Positions 6,221 to 16,155 of a stretch of DNA of 64,000 nt are shown one piece after another. Below the pieces are notes generated by a model. That model made no database searches. It was not told the DNA's origin and saw only the letters and a program-made list of their open reading frames with translations. The position numbers and the translations under genes are program-made. The stretch's first letter is position 1, and every line of letters starts with the position of its first letter. Origin of the DNA: Clostridia bacterium (lineage in GTDB: Bacteria; Bacillota; Clostridia; UMGS1883); NCBI GenBank assembly GCA_017472685.1, contig JAFUOO010000008.1, positions 6,154 to 70,153 of the forward strand. Reading direction: 5' to 3'.

Positions 6221-8785
6221 ATGAGAGAGATATGGCAGAAAAGCATTGATGAAATTATGCATGAGTTTTCCGTAACAAGCGGAGGTCTTACTTCGGTCGA
6301 TGCAAAAAAGCGAAACGAAAAGTATGGGTATAACGAATTGCCCGGCGAAAAAAAGAAAAGCCCTGTGCGAATTTTCTTTGAACAGTTTGCAGACTTTCTT
6401 GTAATTGTTTTGATAGTGGCGGCAGTAATATCCGCTGTTATGGGCGACGTGGAAAGCATGGCAGTAATTTTAGCTGTTATTACAATGAATGCAATCCTCG
6501 GCACTGTGCAGACAATCAAGGCAGAAAGTAGCCTTGACAGCCTCAAGAAAATGAGCGCGCCTGTGGCAAAGGCAATGCGCGACGGCAAGGTTGTGCAGAT
6601 ACCCGGCAGAGAGCTCACCATAGGCGATATCATTTTGCTTGAAGCAGGCGATTGCATCGGTGCTGATGCAAGACTGATTGAATGTGCGTCCTTGAAGTGT
6701 GCAGAAAGTGCACTTACAGGTGAAAGCCTGCCTGTTGAAAAGGATATTGAGCCCATTGAGGATGAAGTGCCCTTGGGCGACAGAAGAAACATGGTATTTT
6801 CAGGCAGCTTTGTGACCTATGGCAGAGCAAAGGCTGTTGTAACAGGCATAGGCAGCAATACTGAAATGGGTAAAATTGCCATGCTTTTGAAAACCGCAAA
6901 GGAAAAGAAAACTCCTTTGCAGTTAACACTGGATGCATTCGGTCAGAAGCTCACAGTAATTATTCTTATCCTTTGTGCAATACTTTTTGCAGTGAGCGTG
7001 TTTATAAGACACGAAAATATAATGAGTGCATTTTTGTTTGCAATTGCACTGGCAGTTGCAGCTATCCCTGAAGCGCTGAGCAGTATAGTTACAATTGTTT
7101 TATCACTGGGCACATCACAGATGGCTAAGGAAAACGCCATTATCCGTAAGCTGCAGGCTGTTGAAGGTCTGGGCAGCGTGAGCGTTATCTGCTCGGATAA
7201 AACGGGTACACTCACTCAGAATAAAATGACAGTAAAAAAGATTTATACTGACGGCGAGGTTATTGATGCAGACAGAGCCGATTTTGCTCACTACATGCAG
7301 GAGCCTCTTTTACGCTGTGCACTTTTGTGCTGTGATGCCACAGTTGATGGTGATAACGAGGTCGGCGACCCCACGGAAACCGCTCTTGTAAGATTGGGAC
7401 TTTTGTACAATATCAGCGAAGAAAAAACAAGAAATACTTACCCCAGAGTAGGTGAGCTACCCTTTGACTCTGACAGAAAAATGATGAGCACAGTCAATAA
7501 AAACCGTGACGGTCTTATTATGGTTACAAAGGGTGCCGTTGATGTGATGCTTTCCCGCTGTATAATAACAGACGAAGAAAAAGCAGAAATTGAAAGAATA
7601 AACGAGGAATTTTCCAAGGGTGGCTTAAGAGTGCTTGCCTTCGCAAGTAAGGGCGTTGAAAACGAAAAAATTACCCTTGAGGACGAAAATGACCTTACAT
7701 TCCTCGGTCTTATCGCCATGATGGACCCGCCCAGGCTTGAAAGCCGCGATGCTGTAAGCGAATGTATAAGAGCGGGTATCCGCCCTGTTATGATAACAGG
7801 TGACCACAAGATTACAGCAAGCGCAATCGCAAAGGAAATCGGCATATTGACAGAGGGCACTATAGCTGTTGAGGGTGCCGAAATTGAAAAAATGAGCGAC
7901 GAAGAGCTTATAGACTTTGTTGAAAAGGTAAGCGTATACGCACGTGTATCTCCTGAGCATAAAATCCGCATAGTACGTGCATGGCAGGAGAGGGGCAACC
8001 TTGTTGCAATGACAGGTGACGGCGTAAACGATGCGCCCGCTTTAAAGCAGGCGGACATCGGCGTTGCTATGGGCATAACAGGCACAGAGGTTGCAAAGGA
8101 TGCTGCAGGCATGGTCCTCACAGACGACAACTTTGCAACAATTGTAAAGGCTGTTAAAAACGGCAGAAACGTTTACGCAAATATAAAGAAGGCGATAGGC
8201 TTCCTTTTAAGCGGTAACACAGCAGGTATTCTGGCAGTTCTCTATGCCTCCTTTGCAATGCTTCCCGTGCCCTTTGCAGCAGTGCATCTTCTGTTCATAA
8301 ACCTTCTTACAGACTCTCTTCCCGCAATTGCACTCGGACTGGAGCCTCATACAGACAGTGTTATGGACGAAAAACCCCGTCCCAGAACTGAGGGCATTCT
8401 GACCAAAAAGTTTATGACAAATGTTATAATCGAAGGTCTTGTAATAGCGGCGGCTGTAATAGCAGCCTTCCACGTAGGTCTCACTGTAAGTGCCGAGGCA
8501 GGTAGCACCATGGCATTTGCCACACTTTGTCTTTCACGTCTTTTCCACGGTTTTTCCTCAAAGACAGACGGCTGGGTGCTCTTTACAAAGCGGATGTTCA
8601 ACAATAAGGCCCTTATCGGCGCATTCTTCTTTGGCGCAGTGCTTCTCAGCTGCGTAATGTTCATTCCCGCTTTGAGCGGTGTGTTCGAGGTGACGAGGCT
8701 TTCATTGCCCTTGGTTGGAGCAATTGCAGGCTTGTCCTTTGGCAGCATGGTTGTAAACCAGATTATTAAATTAATAAAAAAGTAA
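6221..8785 (+). CDS. cation-transporting P-type ATPase (type IIA, Ca2+/Mn2+-type)
   Basis: DKTGTLT phosphorylation site, MITGDHKITA and TGDGVNDAPALK motifs, and multiple TM helices. ATG 6221 follows AAAGGAGG. Confidence 0.9.
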   Translation: MREIWQKSIDEIMHEFSVTSGGLTSVDAKKRNEKYGYNELPGEKKKSPVRIFFEQFADFLVIVLIVAAVISAVMGDVESMAVILAVITMNAILGTVQTIKAESSLDSLKKMSAPVAKAMRDGKVVQIPGRELTIGDIILLEAGDCIGADARLIECASLKCAESALTGESLPVEKDIEPIEDEVPLGDRRNMVFSGSFVTYGRAKAVVTGIGSNTEMGKIAMLLKTAKEKKTPLQLTLDAFGQKLTVIILILCAILFAVSVFIRHENIMSAFLFAIALAVAAIPEALSSIVTIVLSLGTSQMAKENAIIRKLQAVEGLGSVSVICSDKTGTLTQNKMTVKKIYTDGEVIDADRADFAHYMQEPLLRCALLCCDATVDGDNEVGDPTETALVRLGLLYNISEEKTRNTYPRVGELPFDSDRKMMSTVNKNRDGLIMVTKGAVDVMLSRCIITDEEKAEIERINEEFSKGGLRVLAFASKGVENEKITLEDENDLTFLGLIAMMDPPRLESRDAVSECIRAGIRPVMITGDHKITASAIAKEIGILTEGTIAVEGAEIEKMSDEELIDFVEKVSVYARVSPEHKIRIVRAWQERGNLVAMTGDGVNDAPALKQADIGVAMGITGTEVAKDAAGMVLTDDNFATIVKAVKNGRNVYANIKKAIGFLLSGNTAGILAVLYASFAMLPVPFAAVHLLFINLLTDSLPAIALGLEPHTDSVMDEKPRPRTEGILTKKFMTNVIIEGLVIAAAVIAAFHVGLTVSAEAGSTMAFATLCLSRLFHGFSSKTDGWVLFTKRMFNNKALIGAFFFGAVLLSCVMFIPALSGVFEVTRLSLPLVGAIAGLSFGSMVVNQIIKLIKK

Positions 8786-8791
8786 AAAAAT

Positions 8792-8826
8792 GAGCCCACG
8801 GAAACACTATTGCTTTCCGTGGGCTC
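8792..8826 (+). terminator. terminator of the ATPase gene
   Basis: GAGCCCACGGAAA ... TTTCCGTGGGCTC. Confidence 0.6.
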
Positions 8827-8876
8827 TTATGATATACTGCAAATGTGAATACAGACATTTTATCGGAGGGAAAAAA

Positions 8877-9887
8877 GTGAATAAATCGCGTATAAAATGG
8901 ATTGATGACGCTAAAGGCTTTGCGGCGCTTTTGGTAATTATAGGTCATATTGCAAACTCGCATATAAAGGCAGAAACCTTTGTCCCTCAGCAGGGGCTGC
9001 TGGAGGCTGTGCACAGCTTTATTTATATGTTCCATATGCCGCTTTTTATGCTGCTAAGCGGGTTTATGCTTTACAAGGCTTACTGCGTGAACAGGGAAGC
9101 AAAGAAGAAAAACTACATATTGCAGCTTATTAATATAGTGTGGCTGTATTTCTTTTTTGCAGTTGCTCTGTGGGTGGCAAAGATGCTGTTTTCCGCTCAG
9201 GTTGTGGCAAATGTGGGAGTTAAGGATTTGATACGACTGCCCATTGACCCCATTGACGAAACCTGGTATTTGTATGTGCTGTTCTTTTTGTATCTTTTGT
9301 GTTATGCAATCGAAAAGCTTAAGTTTAAAGAGGAATTGAAGTTAGGTGCACTGCTTGCTGTAAGCATGGTTGCAGAATTTTTGCCCTTGGCACTCTCGTC
9401 GCCGTGGTACAGGATTTTGCACTACGCATTTTTCTTTTACTGCGGTGTATACCTGGCTAAAAAGCCCGAAGGCATCCTTACAAAGAAATATGTCCGCCCC
9501 GCATATTACATAGGCTCGGTGGTTATTACGGTGCTTTTCTTCATTGTGGGGGATATGGCATATATAGAAATTATCAACCTTGCAGTTGCGTTTATCCTTT
9601 CAATGGCTGTTGTTTGCATATTTATGGGGCAGGAGGGTGCAGGCACAATAGTGCACAAATGTCTTAACTGCACTGGTCGTTATGCTTTAGAGGTTTATCT
9701 TTTGCATACATATGTTATAACAGTGTGCAGGGTAATCCTTCCAAGAATCGGCATAGTGCATTTTGCGCCTAATATGATAATTAGCTTTTTATTATGTGTG
9801 TTAGTGCCCATATGGGCTGTAATCCTTTTAAAGAAAATAAAGCTTCATACATTTATATTCCGCCCTGTGGCATTTTTGAAAAAATGA
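8877..9887 (+). CDS. acyltransferase family 3 membrane protein
   Basis: GTG 8877 follows GGAGGG. IKWIDDAKGFAALLVIIGH is the typical N-terminus of Acyl_transf_3. The protein is polytopic. Confidence 0.7.
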   Translation: MNKSRIKWIDDAKGFAALLVIIGHIANSHIKAETFVPQQGLLEAVHSFIYMFHMPLFMLLSGFMLYKAYCVNREAKKKNYILQLINIVWLYFFFAVALWVAKMLFSAQVVANVGVKDLIRLPIDPIDETWYLYVLFFLYLLCYAIEKLKFKEELKLGALLAVSMVAEFLPLALSSPWYRILHYAFFFYCGVYLAKKPEGILTKKYVRPAYYIGSVVITVLFFIVGDMAYIEIINLAVAFILSMAVVCIFMGQEGAGTIVHKCLNCTGRYALEVYLLHTYVITVCRVILPRIGIVHFAPNMIISFLLCVLVPIWAVILLKKIKLHTFIFRPVAFLKK

Positions 9888-9894
9888 GCAAATT

Positions 9895-9930
9895 AAAATC
9901 GGCATGACTTTTAGTCATGCCGATTTTTTG
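9895..9930. terminator. bidirectional terminator
   Basis: AAAATCGGCATGACT tttt AGTCATGCCGATTTTTT, between convergent genes. Confidence 0.8.
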
Positions 9931-9935
9931 TCTGA

Positions 9936-12900
9936 TTACTTACCTAAAATCTTAACTTCCTGAAGCTGTGCGGGATATGTGTTGTTTTCACTGTTTCTGG
10001 GTTTAGCGTTTAAAACTGTAAGTCTTACATATCTGCCATAGCCGTCAATGTTGTCGCAGGTGAAGCCGTAGTCTGTGTAGCCTTCGGACTTGTCGAGCAC
10101 CTTTGTCCAGTTTTCACCGTCAACACTTGCTTCGAGAATGTAGTTGTAATAAGCTTCGCTACCGTTCCAGATAAGCCATGAAATCTGAAGCTGTGTAAGA
10201 TGGCTTACCTTACCAAGGTCTGCTTCCCATGTAAAGGGCCAGTTGTTTTCTGCCTGATACCAGCTTGTGCGGTAGTGACCGTCGTTTGCACTGTTGCCTG
10301 CGGCGTAGCCAACTGTATCGGCTGTCTTAACTCCCTTATCCTGAGAAAGAATTCTGCCTGTCTGCACGGGAATGAGAACATCGTTTGCCCAGTTGTAAAG
10401 CAGTTCATCGAAGAAATCATAGAACGCGTAACCGTTGGACACACTTACGGGGTAGCGGCGGTTGGTTGTGGATTTGTTTGTAGCGTCCTGCCAGCCGAAC
10501 ATCCAGCGGTATGTAGCCATAATGTGGTTGTTGCCGCCCTCATGAAGAGTGAACATTGTACCTGACTGAGAAGAGAAGGTTGTTGTGTTGCCAACGTGCT
10601 TCAGCTCACTCCAGGGACCGCCCATATCGGTTGCTGTTGCAACCATGCCCTGTGTGGGATACCAGCCTGCTGTACCGGAGGAGAAGAGGTAGTATGTTCC
10701 GTCCTTTTTAAGTACACTGGGAAGCTCTCTCCACTTGTACATGCTTACGAAGCAAAGTCTGCCTTCAATAGCGGACCAGTCATCGTTAAGCTTATAGATG
10801 CCTAAGTTGGCGTTGTTGTTAGCTGCTGCAATAATGTAACCGGAGGAATCCTCGTCAACGAATACGTTAAGGTCACGGCAGTCATCGCCTTCGGGACGGA
10901 ATGCACCGTGGAAGGTCATTCTTTCGTCAGTAGACTTCATGGAAGCAATAGAAATCATGGCCGTGCCGTAGCCGCCGTCTGCTTCAAAGTGTGCAATGAA
11001 TGCAAATGTGTCTGCCTTTGAATTGTATACAAAGTTAACACTTTCAAATCTGCACTGCTGGAAATTCACGCATGTTTCATGTGCAAGAATTTCCTTATAG
11101 TTCAATACTTCCTTCCATTCTGTGTAGGTAACATCGTCCTTGCTTGTCTGCATCATAACTCTGCCGAAGCCTGATACGCCGTCGATACCCCACTGCTGGA
11201 AATGATAGTATGTACCGTCGTTGGAAATCATTGTGTTGGGTCTCTTAACATCGGATGCGCTGAGGTTAGAGCTCTGTGAAAGGTCAGCAGGAAGTGTGTG
11301 GGGAACAACCGCATCTGTGATTGCATAGTCAATCAATGTATCGTTCTCGATTGCATATACTGCATACTTGTATTCCTTGCCTATCTCCAGGTCGTAATCG
11401 TCAACGATCTGACCCTTACTTGATGTTAAAAATTCAAATTCGCCGCCGTCAACACTTCTGTAAATGTCGTAATGAGTTGCGCCGTAAACAACGTTCCACT
11501 GTACCTTTGCGCTTGTAACATCGTCCTCACCACGGATTAAGAAGAGCTGTGCCACTGCACCAACCATCTTCTTTGTGCTTACGCCCTTTTCTTCAAAAGT
11601 GAAGAGCTGGCTATTGTCGTCCTTCTTTGCGTACTGAGCGAAGGTGTCATTTTCAGTAAGTGTGAGATACAGGTCGGACACCTGACACTTTATGCGGAAG
11701 CTGTCGTCGCCTGCATCCTCTAAAATATAAATCTGGTTTGCACCGTAGTTGGATTCATATTGGATAATTTCCAAGCCCTCGTCCTTTTTGCCGTTGGGAA
11801 CGTCAAAGGACTGAATGGAAACCTTGTTACTGATAACGTACTTGCCGCCGCCCATAGAAACCAGCGCCCATACGTTTGTGTCAACATCTGTATCGTCGAG
11901 AGCCTTGATAAGTGCGTTTGTCTTTATAACATCCTCAGGCACACCCATTACCTTGCCCGATTCCTTATGCTTGATTTCGTAATACTTGCCACCGAAGGTA
12001 TCCTTTTCGTATGTATCGGTGTTGCAATAGGGCTCGTCAAACTTGAAAGCCTGTGTCTGATTGCCGCGGAAAACTGTTTCAATAAGTGTTCCGGAATATT
12101 CTGTAAGATAGAAGCCCGACGCCTTGCTCTTTAAGTAGTAATAACCGTCGCCTGCTTCTTCCGGAAGGTAAATTTGCTCATCTGCGCCTGCGGAAGGCTT
12201 CTGCCGTGCAATTCCGCCTGCGCCCATGCCTGTAAGAGCAAGGTAGGAATCCTTATTTATGAAGCTGTAGCCATCTTCTACCTTTGCAACGAGCCATACT
12301 TCGGAATCTGTATCTTCGGCAGTAGCAACCTCTAACTTTGCATCAGCTTCCTTGGAGGAATCAACAACTGTGATAACATTGTCTGTCCCGCTTGCGTTCA
12401 CAATGGAAACATACTTGCCGCTGAGGGGGTCGGGGCTTTCAATCTCAACCTTTTCGCCCTCTTCGGCATCAATGTTCTTCACAACCTCAACAAGCTCGTA
12501 AGAGTCTCTCTCGGCATCAAACTCGTTATACTGTGCTATGGTGTTGTTTTCTGTTGCACCCAAATACATCTGGGAGTGGTGCATAAGAAGATGGTATGTG
12601 CCGTCGCCGTTACTTACGGGGTGCACCCACTGGTTTGTGCCCTCTGTGTTGCCGTACTGGATTAACTCCAAGCCTTCGTCTGTTCTCCAGTTGGGCATAT
12701 CCATGCTTCTGAGGCTCTTCTGGTTAATGGGGCGGTAAAGGTTTTCACCGCGTGTCATAAACTGCCACAGCTGAGCATCGCTTCCGTCTGCTTCAACAAG
12801 GCGGATAAGGGGACCGTCTGTTGTAAGAGCACCCTCGGGCATCATAACAAGACCTGTTGCCTTGTGGCGGATAATGTAATACTTGCCGTTAAGAAGGGGA

Positions 12901-13310
12901 ACAGAAAGAGCTAATGCATTGTTTTCATTGTCCCACTTGTAGGTAATGTCAAAAGCGGCAAGGGCATCGACGGGCATATATGTATAATCATTAAAAATAA
13001 TGTTTTCTTCAGATATGCTCTTTTTCATGTTTGCGTTCTTGACATACTTTTCGCCGATGGGAACTGTTATATCAAGAATGCTACCCTTTGCATTGGCACT
13101 TCTTGCATCGTTGTCCCAGGATGCTTCAAGCTCCATTAAGTTTGCAATGGGTCTTAAGGGAACATAGGGTGTGTCACCTTTTACGATAACACTCTGTGCA
13201 AAAACTGCCTCTTCACCGTTGACTGTAACTGTCACCGGCTCTTCTGCCATTGCAGGAATTACGGAAACTGCCATAATTACAGCAATAAGCAGTGCGAAAA
13301 ACTTTTTCAT
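9936..13310 (-). CDS. secreted multidomain glycoside hydrolase (GH43-like propeller with ricin-type lectin repeats and a C-terminal discoidin/CBM32 domain)
   Basis: Signal peptide MKKFFALLIAVIMAVSVIPAMA after an AAGGAG RBS (ATG 13310). Domains seen: a Cu-amine-oxidase-N-like stalk, QxW-type beta-trefoil repeats (AQLWQF), an Fn3-like segment, a GH43-like core (RDLNVFVDEDSSGY; RELPSVLKKDGTYYLFSSGTAGWYP), and an F5/8 type C-like C-terminus. Confidence 0.75.
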   Translation of the reverse strand: MKKFFALLIAVIMAVSVIPAMAEEPVTVTVNGEEAVFAQSVIVKGDTPYVPLRPIANLMELEASWDNDARSANAKGSILDITVPIGEKYVKNANMKKSISEENIIFNDYTYMPVDALAAFDITYKWDNENNALALSVPLLNGKYYIIRHKATGLVMMPEGALTTDGPLIRLVEADGSDAQLWQFMTRGENLYRPINQKSLRSMDMPNWRTDEGLELIQYGNTEGTNQWVHPVSNGDGTYHLLMHHSQMYLGATENNTIAQYNEFDAERDSYELVEVVKNIDAEEGEKVEIESPDPLSGKYVSIVNASGTDNVITVVDSSKEADAKLEVATAEDTDSEVWLVAKVEDGYSFINKDSYLALTGMGAGGIARQKPSAGADEQIYLPEEAGDGYYYLKSKASGFYLTEYSGTLIETVFRGNQTQAFKFDEPYCNTDTYEKDTFGGKYYEIKHKESGKVMGVPEDVIKTNALIKALDDTDVDTNVWALVSMGGGKYVISNKVSIQSFDVPNGKKDEGLEIIQYESNYGANQIYILEDAGDDSFRIKCQVSDLYLTLTENDTFAQYAKKDDNSQLFTFEEKGVSTKKMVGAVAQLFLIRGEDDVTSAKVQWNVVYGATHYDIYRSVDGGEFEFLTSSKGQIVDDYDLEIGKEYKYAVYAIENDTLIDYAITDAVVPHTLPADLSQSSNLSASDVKRPNTMISNDGTYYHFQQWGIDGVSGFGRVMMQTSKDDVTYTEWKEVLNYKEILAHETCVNFQQCRFESVNFVYNSKADTFAFIAHFEADGGYGTAMISIASMKSTDERMTFHGAFRPEGDDCRDLNVFVDEDSSGYIIAAANNNANLGIYKLNDDWSAIEGRLCFVSMYKWRELPSVLKKDGTYYLFSSGTAGWYPTQGMVATATDMGGPWSELKHVGNTTTFSSQSGTMFTLHEGGNNHIMATYRWMFGWQDATNKSTTNRRYPVSVSNGYAFYDFFDELLYNWANDVLIPVQTGRILSQDKGVKTADTVGYAAGNSANDGHYRTSWYQAENNWPFTWEADLGKVSHLTQLQISWLIWNGSEAYYNYILEASVDGENWTKVLDKSEGYTDYGFTCDNIDGYGRYVRLTVLNAKPRNSENNTYPAQLQEVKILGK

Positions 13311-13450
13311 TTTGCCAACTCCTTTATAAATATCGTATAAATAAATTTTACCATAGGCAGGCATTGTTTGCAATAAGTTTAACAAAAAAACAACAAAGGA
13401 GTGCTCACATAGGGATTAATCCCTGTGCGAGCATCCTTTGTTGTTTAAAC

Positions 13451-14362
13451 CTATTTTAATGAATTTACATACTTCGCGGCTTCCTCGCCTGCAATTGCGC
13501 CGTCGCTGACTGCTGTTATAACCTGTCTGAGGCTTTTCTGCCTTATATCGCCTGCGGCAAAAACCCCGGGGATGCTTGTTTTCATATCCTCGTTTGTTAT
13601 TATAAAGCCGTTTTCGTTGCAGCTGACAACATCCCTTACAAGATTGCTTGAAGGGATTGTGCCCACTGCAACAAACACACCGTCTGCTGCAATTTTTTTC
13701 TCGGTGCCGTCAACGTGAGAAACAGTAACACTTTCCACCTGGTCGCCGCCTTCAATTTTTGCAACACGGCACTCCAGCATAAACTCAACGTTTTCAAGCT
13801 TTTTCAGCCTTTCAACCAATAAGGGCGATGCACGGAATTCATTACGGCGGTGGATAAGATACACCTTTTCGGCTATGGGAGAGAGGTAAATTGCGTCCTC
13901 AACAGCTGTGTTGCCTCCGCCAACAACGCAAACGGTTTTGCCCTTGAAAAACATTCCGTCGCAGGTTGCGCAGTAGCTCACGCCTCTGCCTTGTAATTCA
14001 GCCTCGCCGGGAGCATTAAGAAATGCAGGGGAGGCACCCATTGCAAGGATAACGCTTTTTGCCTCAAATTCCTTCTTTGCGGTGAAAATTTTCTTAACAT
14101 CGCCCGACAAATCAACATCTTTGACCTCGTTGTAGCAGAACTTGACATCAAACTTTGAGACATGCTCAAGCATTTTTTCAGCAAGAAAGCTTCCCGAGGG
14201 GGCATCGGCAAAGCCTAAATAGTTATCTATTTCATAGGTTGTGGATGCCTGTCCGCCAACAAACTGCTTTTCAAACACTGTAACGGACATTCCGCTTCTT
14301 GCGGCATAAAGTGCTGCACCCAATGCGGCGGGACCTCCACCTATAATTGCTACATCTATCAT
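13451..14362 (-). CDS. trxB: thioredoxin-disulfide reductase
   Basis: GGGPAA FAD motif, redox-active CATCDG, and a second dinucleotide fold GGGNTAVEDA. Confidence 0.9.
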   Translation of the reverse strand: MIDVAIIGGGPAALGAALYAARSGMSVTVFEKQFVGGQASTTYEIDNYLGFADAPSGSFLAEKMLEHVSKFDVKFCYNEVKDVDLSGDVKKIFTAKKEFEAKSVILAMGASPAFLNAPGEAELQGRGVSYCATCDGMFFKGKTVCVVGGGNTAVEDAIYLSPIAEKVYLIHRRNEFRASPLLVERLKKLENVEFMLECRVAKIEGGDQVESVTVSHVDGTEKKIAADGVFVAVGTIPSSNLVRDVVSCNENGFIITNEDMKTSIPGVFAAGDIRQKSLRQVITAVSDGAIAGEEAAKYVNSLK

Positions 14363-14416
14363 GAAATCACACCCTTTGAATTGTTAAGTCAATTATAATA
14401 AAAAGGGTGCGCCTTG

Positions 14417-15079
14417 TCAACCAAGGAGCTCCAAGGGGTCAATATATTCAGAGTAGTGCATCAGCTCAAAATGTAAATGAGCATTGCCGCTTTCTGTAAC
14501 TGCAGTGCTTCCTACACCCGAAATTTTTTCACCTCGGGAAACGCTGTCTCCCTCTTTGACCATTATGAGCGTGGAAAGGTTTCTGTAAACGCTTGTATAC
14601 TCCCCGTGGGAAATTTCTATCACGTTGCCCCACAAAGGGTCAGTATAACAGGCTGTGACAGTGCCGTCCTCCACCGAAACAACCGCTTCGGCAGGCAGCG
14701 CTTCAATGTCAATCCCGCAGTGTGCACGCCAGTCGGATGTGGCACTGTTATAGGTGTGATTTAAGGAAAAATACTTCGTTACCGTGCCAACCGTGGGGAA
14801 AAGCGGCGAAAAGGATGTAAGAGCCTCTGTTGTGGGCGCCTCCGATGAAGGCTCCTCATCTGCTTTTTCTGGAACATCAATATGAGTGTGGCTCACTGCA
14901 TCTGCAGGCTCGGTTATGAGTTCAATCTCTTCGATTTCTGCAATCTCTTCTTTTTCGTAGGGAACGGTTTCCTCCACAGTGTCAACCTCTCGCATGGCAT
15001 TTTTTACGATAAAGCCGCCGTATGCAAGTACGGCACAGATTGAAATTATGGAATAAATAATATGTGTTTTTTTAGTCAT
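14417..15079 (-). CDS. membrane-anchored M23/LytM metallopeptidase, likely SpoIIQ-like
   Basis: ATG 15079 follows GGAGGA. There is one N-terminal TM helix. The LytM domain shows HCGIDI and GNAHLHFEL. The gene lies immediately downstream of spoIID, as in Clostridioides difficile. Confidence 0.6.
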   Translation of the reverse strand: MTKKTHIIYSIISICAVLAYGGFIVKNAMREVDTVEETVPYEKEEIAEIEEIELITEPADAVSHTHIDVPEKADEEPSSEAPTTEALTSFSPLFPTVGTVTKYFSLNHTYNSATSDWRAHCGIDIEALPAEAVVSVEDGTVTACYTDPLWGNVIEISHGEYTSVYRNLSTLIMVKEGDSVSRGEKISGVGSTAVTESGNAHLHFELMHYSEYIDPLELLG

Positions 15080-15122
15080 AGACAATCCTCCTCTATAGTG
15101 AGCATTGCCCGAAATTTATTAT

Positions 15123-16109
15123 TTATTCAGTCAGAATGGCACCCTGATAATAATGGGACAAAATTTCCTTGTAGGTTTTGCCCTCCTTTGCCATGGCATT
15201 TGCGCCGTACTGGCTCATGCCCACACCGTGCCCATAGCCTGTTACGTTAAAGGTAACATTACCGTCGGAGAAGTCGAGGCTGAATTTTGTGCTGCGAAGG
15301 TTAAACATACGGCGGATTTCAGTCCCCGTAACAGTCACCTTGCCTATGAGCACACTTTTTACATGTCCGCTTTCACTCAGTGTGGGCACGGACACATCAA
15401 GGTACGACCCAATTTCCGCATCAGGATAGGAGGCTTTAACGGTTTTGGTGAATTCCTCAAAGGGAACGGTGAGCGTGCTGTGATAATTGGTGGCAGCATC
15501 CTCACCCGGACTTGGAACACTCACCAGATACGGTAGCTGTGAGCCCCACACATCGCCGCTGTTTTGTGTCTGCCCGCCTCCCATTGAGTGAAACACCGCT
15601 AAAATAGGCTCGTTGTTGTAGGTGAGAATTTCGCCTTGGGTATCATGCACGCAGGCTTTTATTTTATCCAGGTAAAAATCGTAGGCATCACCCCAGTTTG
15701 TACGCATTTGCTCCTCAGTTAGATATGCCTGACAGTGGGTGTGGTCTGTGCATACGTCTGCCTCATGGTCAGTGGAGGACTGTTTGTACATTGTGTAGGT
15801 ACGTGCGGCAACTGCCTGTGCCTTTAAGGCATCCTCTTCAAAGGCGGCAGGCATTTCGGCGGCAACAACCCCTGTGAGATAGTCCTCCATGCTCATTGTG
15901 TGAGTACTTTGTGTTTCATGGTTAAAAACATTTATGGTTTCACTTTCTGCGGGAGGCAGCGATGGCACCGCAGCCTCCTTTGGTATGAACAAACTTGTCA
16001 CGAAAGGGAGAACGAGGGTTGCAAGAGAATAGTATATAGGAAGAAAAAGCAGAATTTTCAAAATTGCACTTCCTTTGCATAGTTTATTGGCGTTGACGGT
16101 GAGCGCCAT
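15123..16109 (-). CDS. spoIID: stage II sporulation protein D (lytic transglycosylase)
   Basis: SpoIID/LytB domain motifs AQAVAARTY, FHSMGGGQT and GHGVGMSQYGA. The true start may be TTG 16061, preceded by AAAGGAAG. Confidence 0.85.
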   Translation of the reverse strand: MALTVNANKLCKGSAILKILLFLPIYYSLATLVLPFVTSLFIPKEAAVPSLPPAESETINVFNHETQSTHTMSMEDYLTGVVAAEMPAAFEEDALKAQAVAARTYTMYKQSSTDHEADVCTDHTHCQAYLTEEQMRTNWGDAYDFYLDKIKACVHDTQGEILTYNNEPILAVFHSMGGGQTQNSGDVWGSQLPYLVSVPSPGEDAATNYHSTLTVPFEEFTKTVKASYPDAEIGSYLDVSVPTLSESGHVKSVLIGKVTVTGTEIRRMFNLRSTKFSLDFSDGNVTFNVTGYGHGVGMSQYGANAMAKEGKTYKEILSHYYQGAILTE

Positions 16110-16155
16110 TTGTGGTAAGCTGTATAAGGTAATTAAAATATGTAGGGTGATTTAA

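Noticed and set aside
6145-8130. Minus-strand ORFs 6145-6792, 6943-7215 and 7438-8130 antisense to the P-type ATPase
   Set aside because: They are Ser/Ile/Ala-rich mirror frames of a gene with unmistakable P-type ATPase motifs. The first also runs across the riboswitch and terminator.
412-8877. Upstream alternative starts used by the ORF track (TTG 412, TTG 5335, ATG 6149, ATG 8790; likewise 13385, 15085, 26102, 28308, 28469, 34818, 37183, 38668, 51659, 55586, 60367)
   Set aside because: In each case an internal ATG, GTG or TTG has a properly spaced Shine-Dalgarno sequence and gives the expected N-terminus (signal peptide or a conserved start). The extension meanwhile runs through a terminator, riboswitch or promoter.
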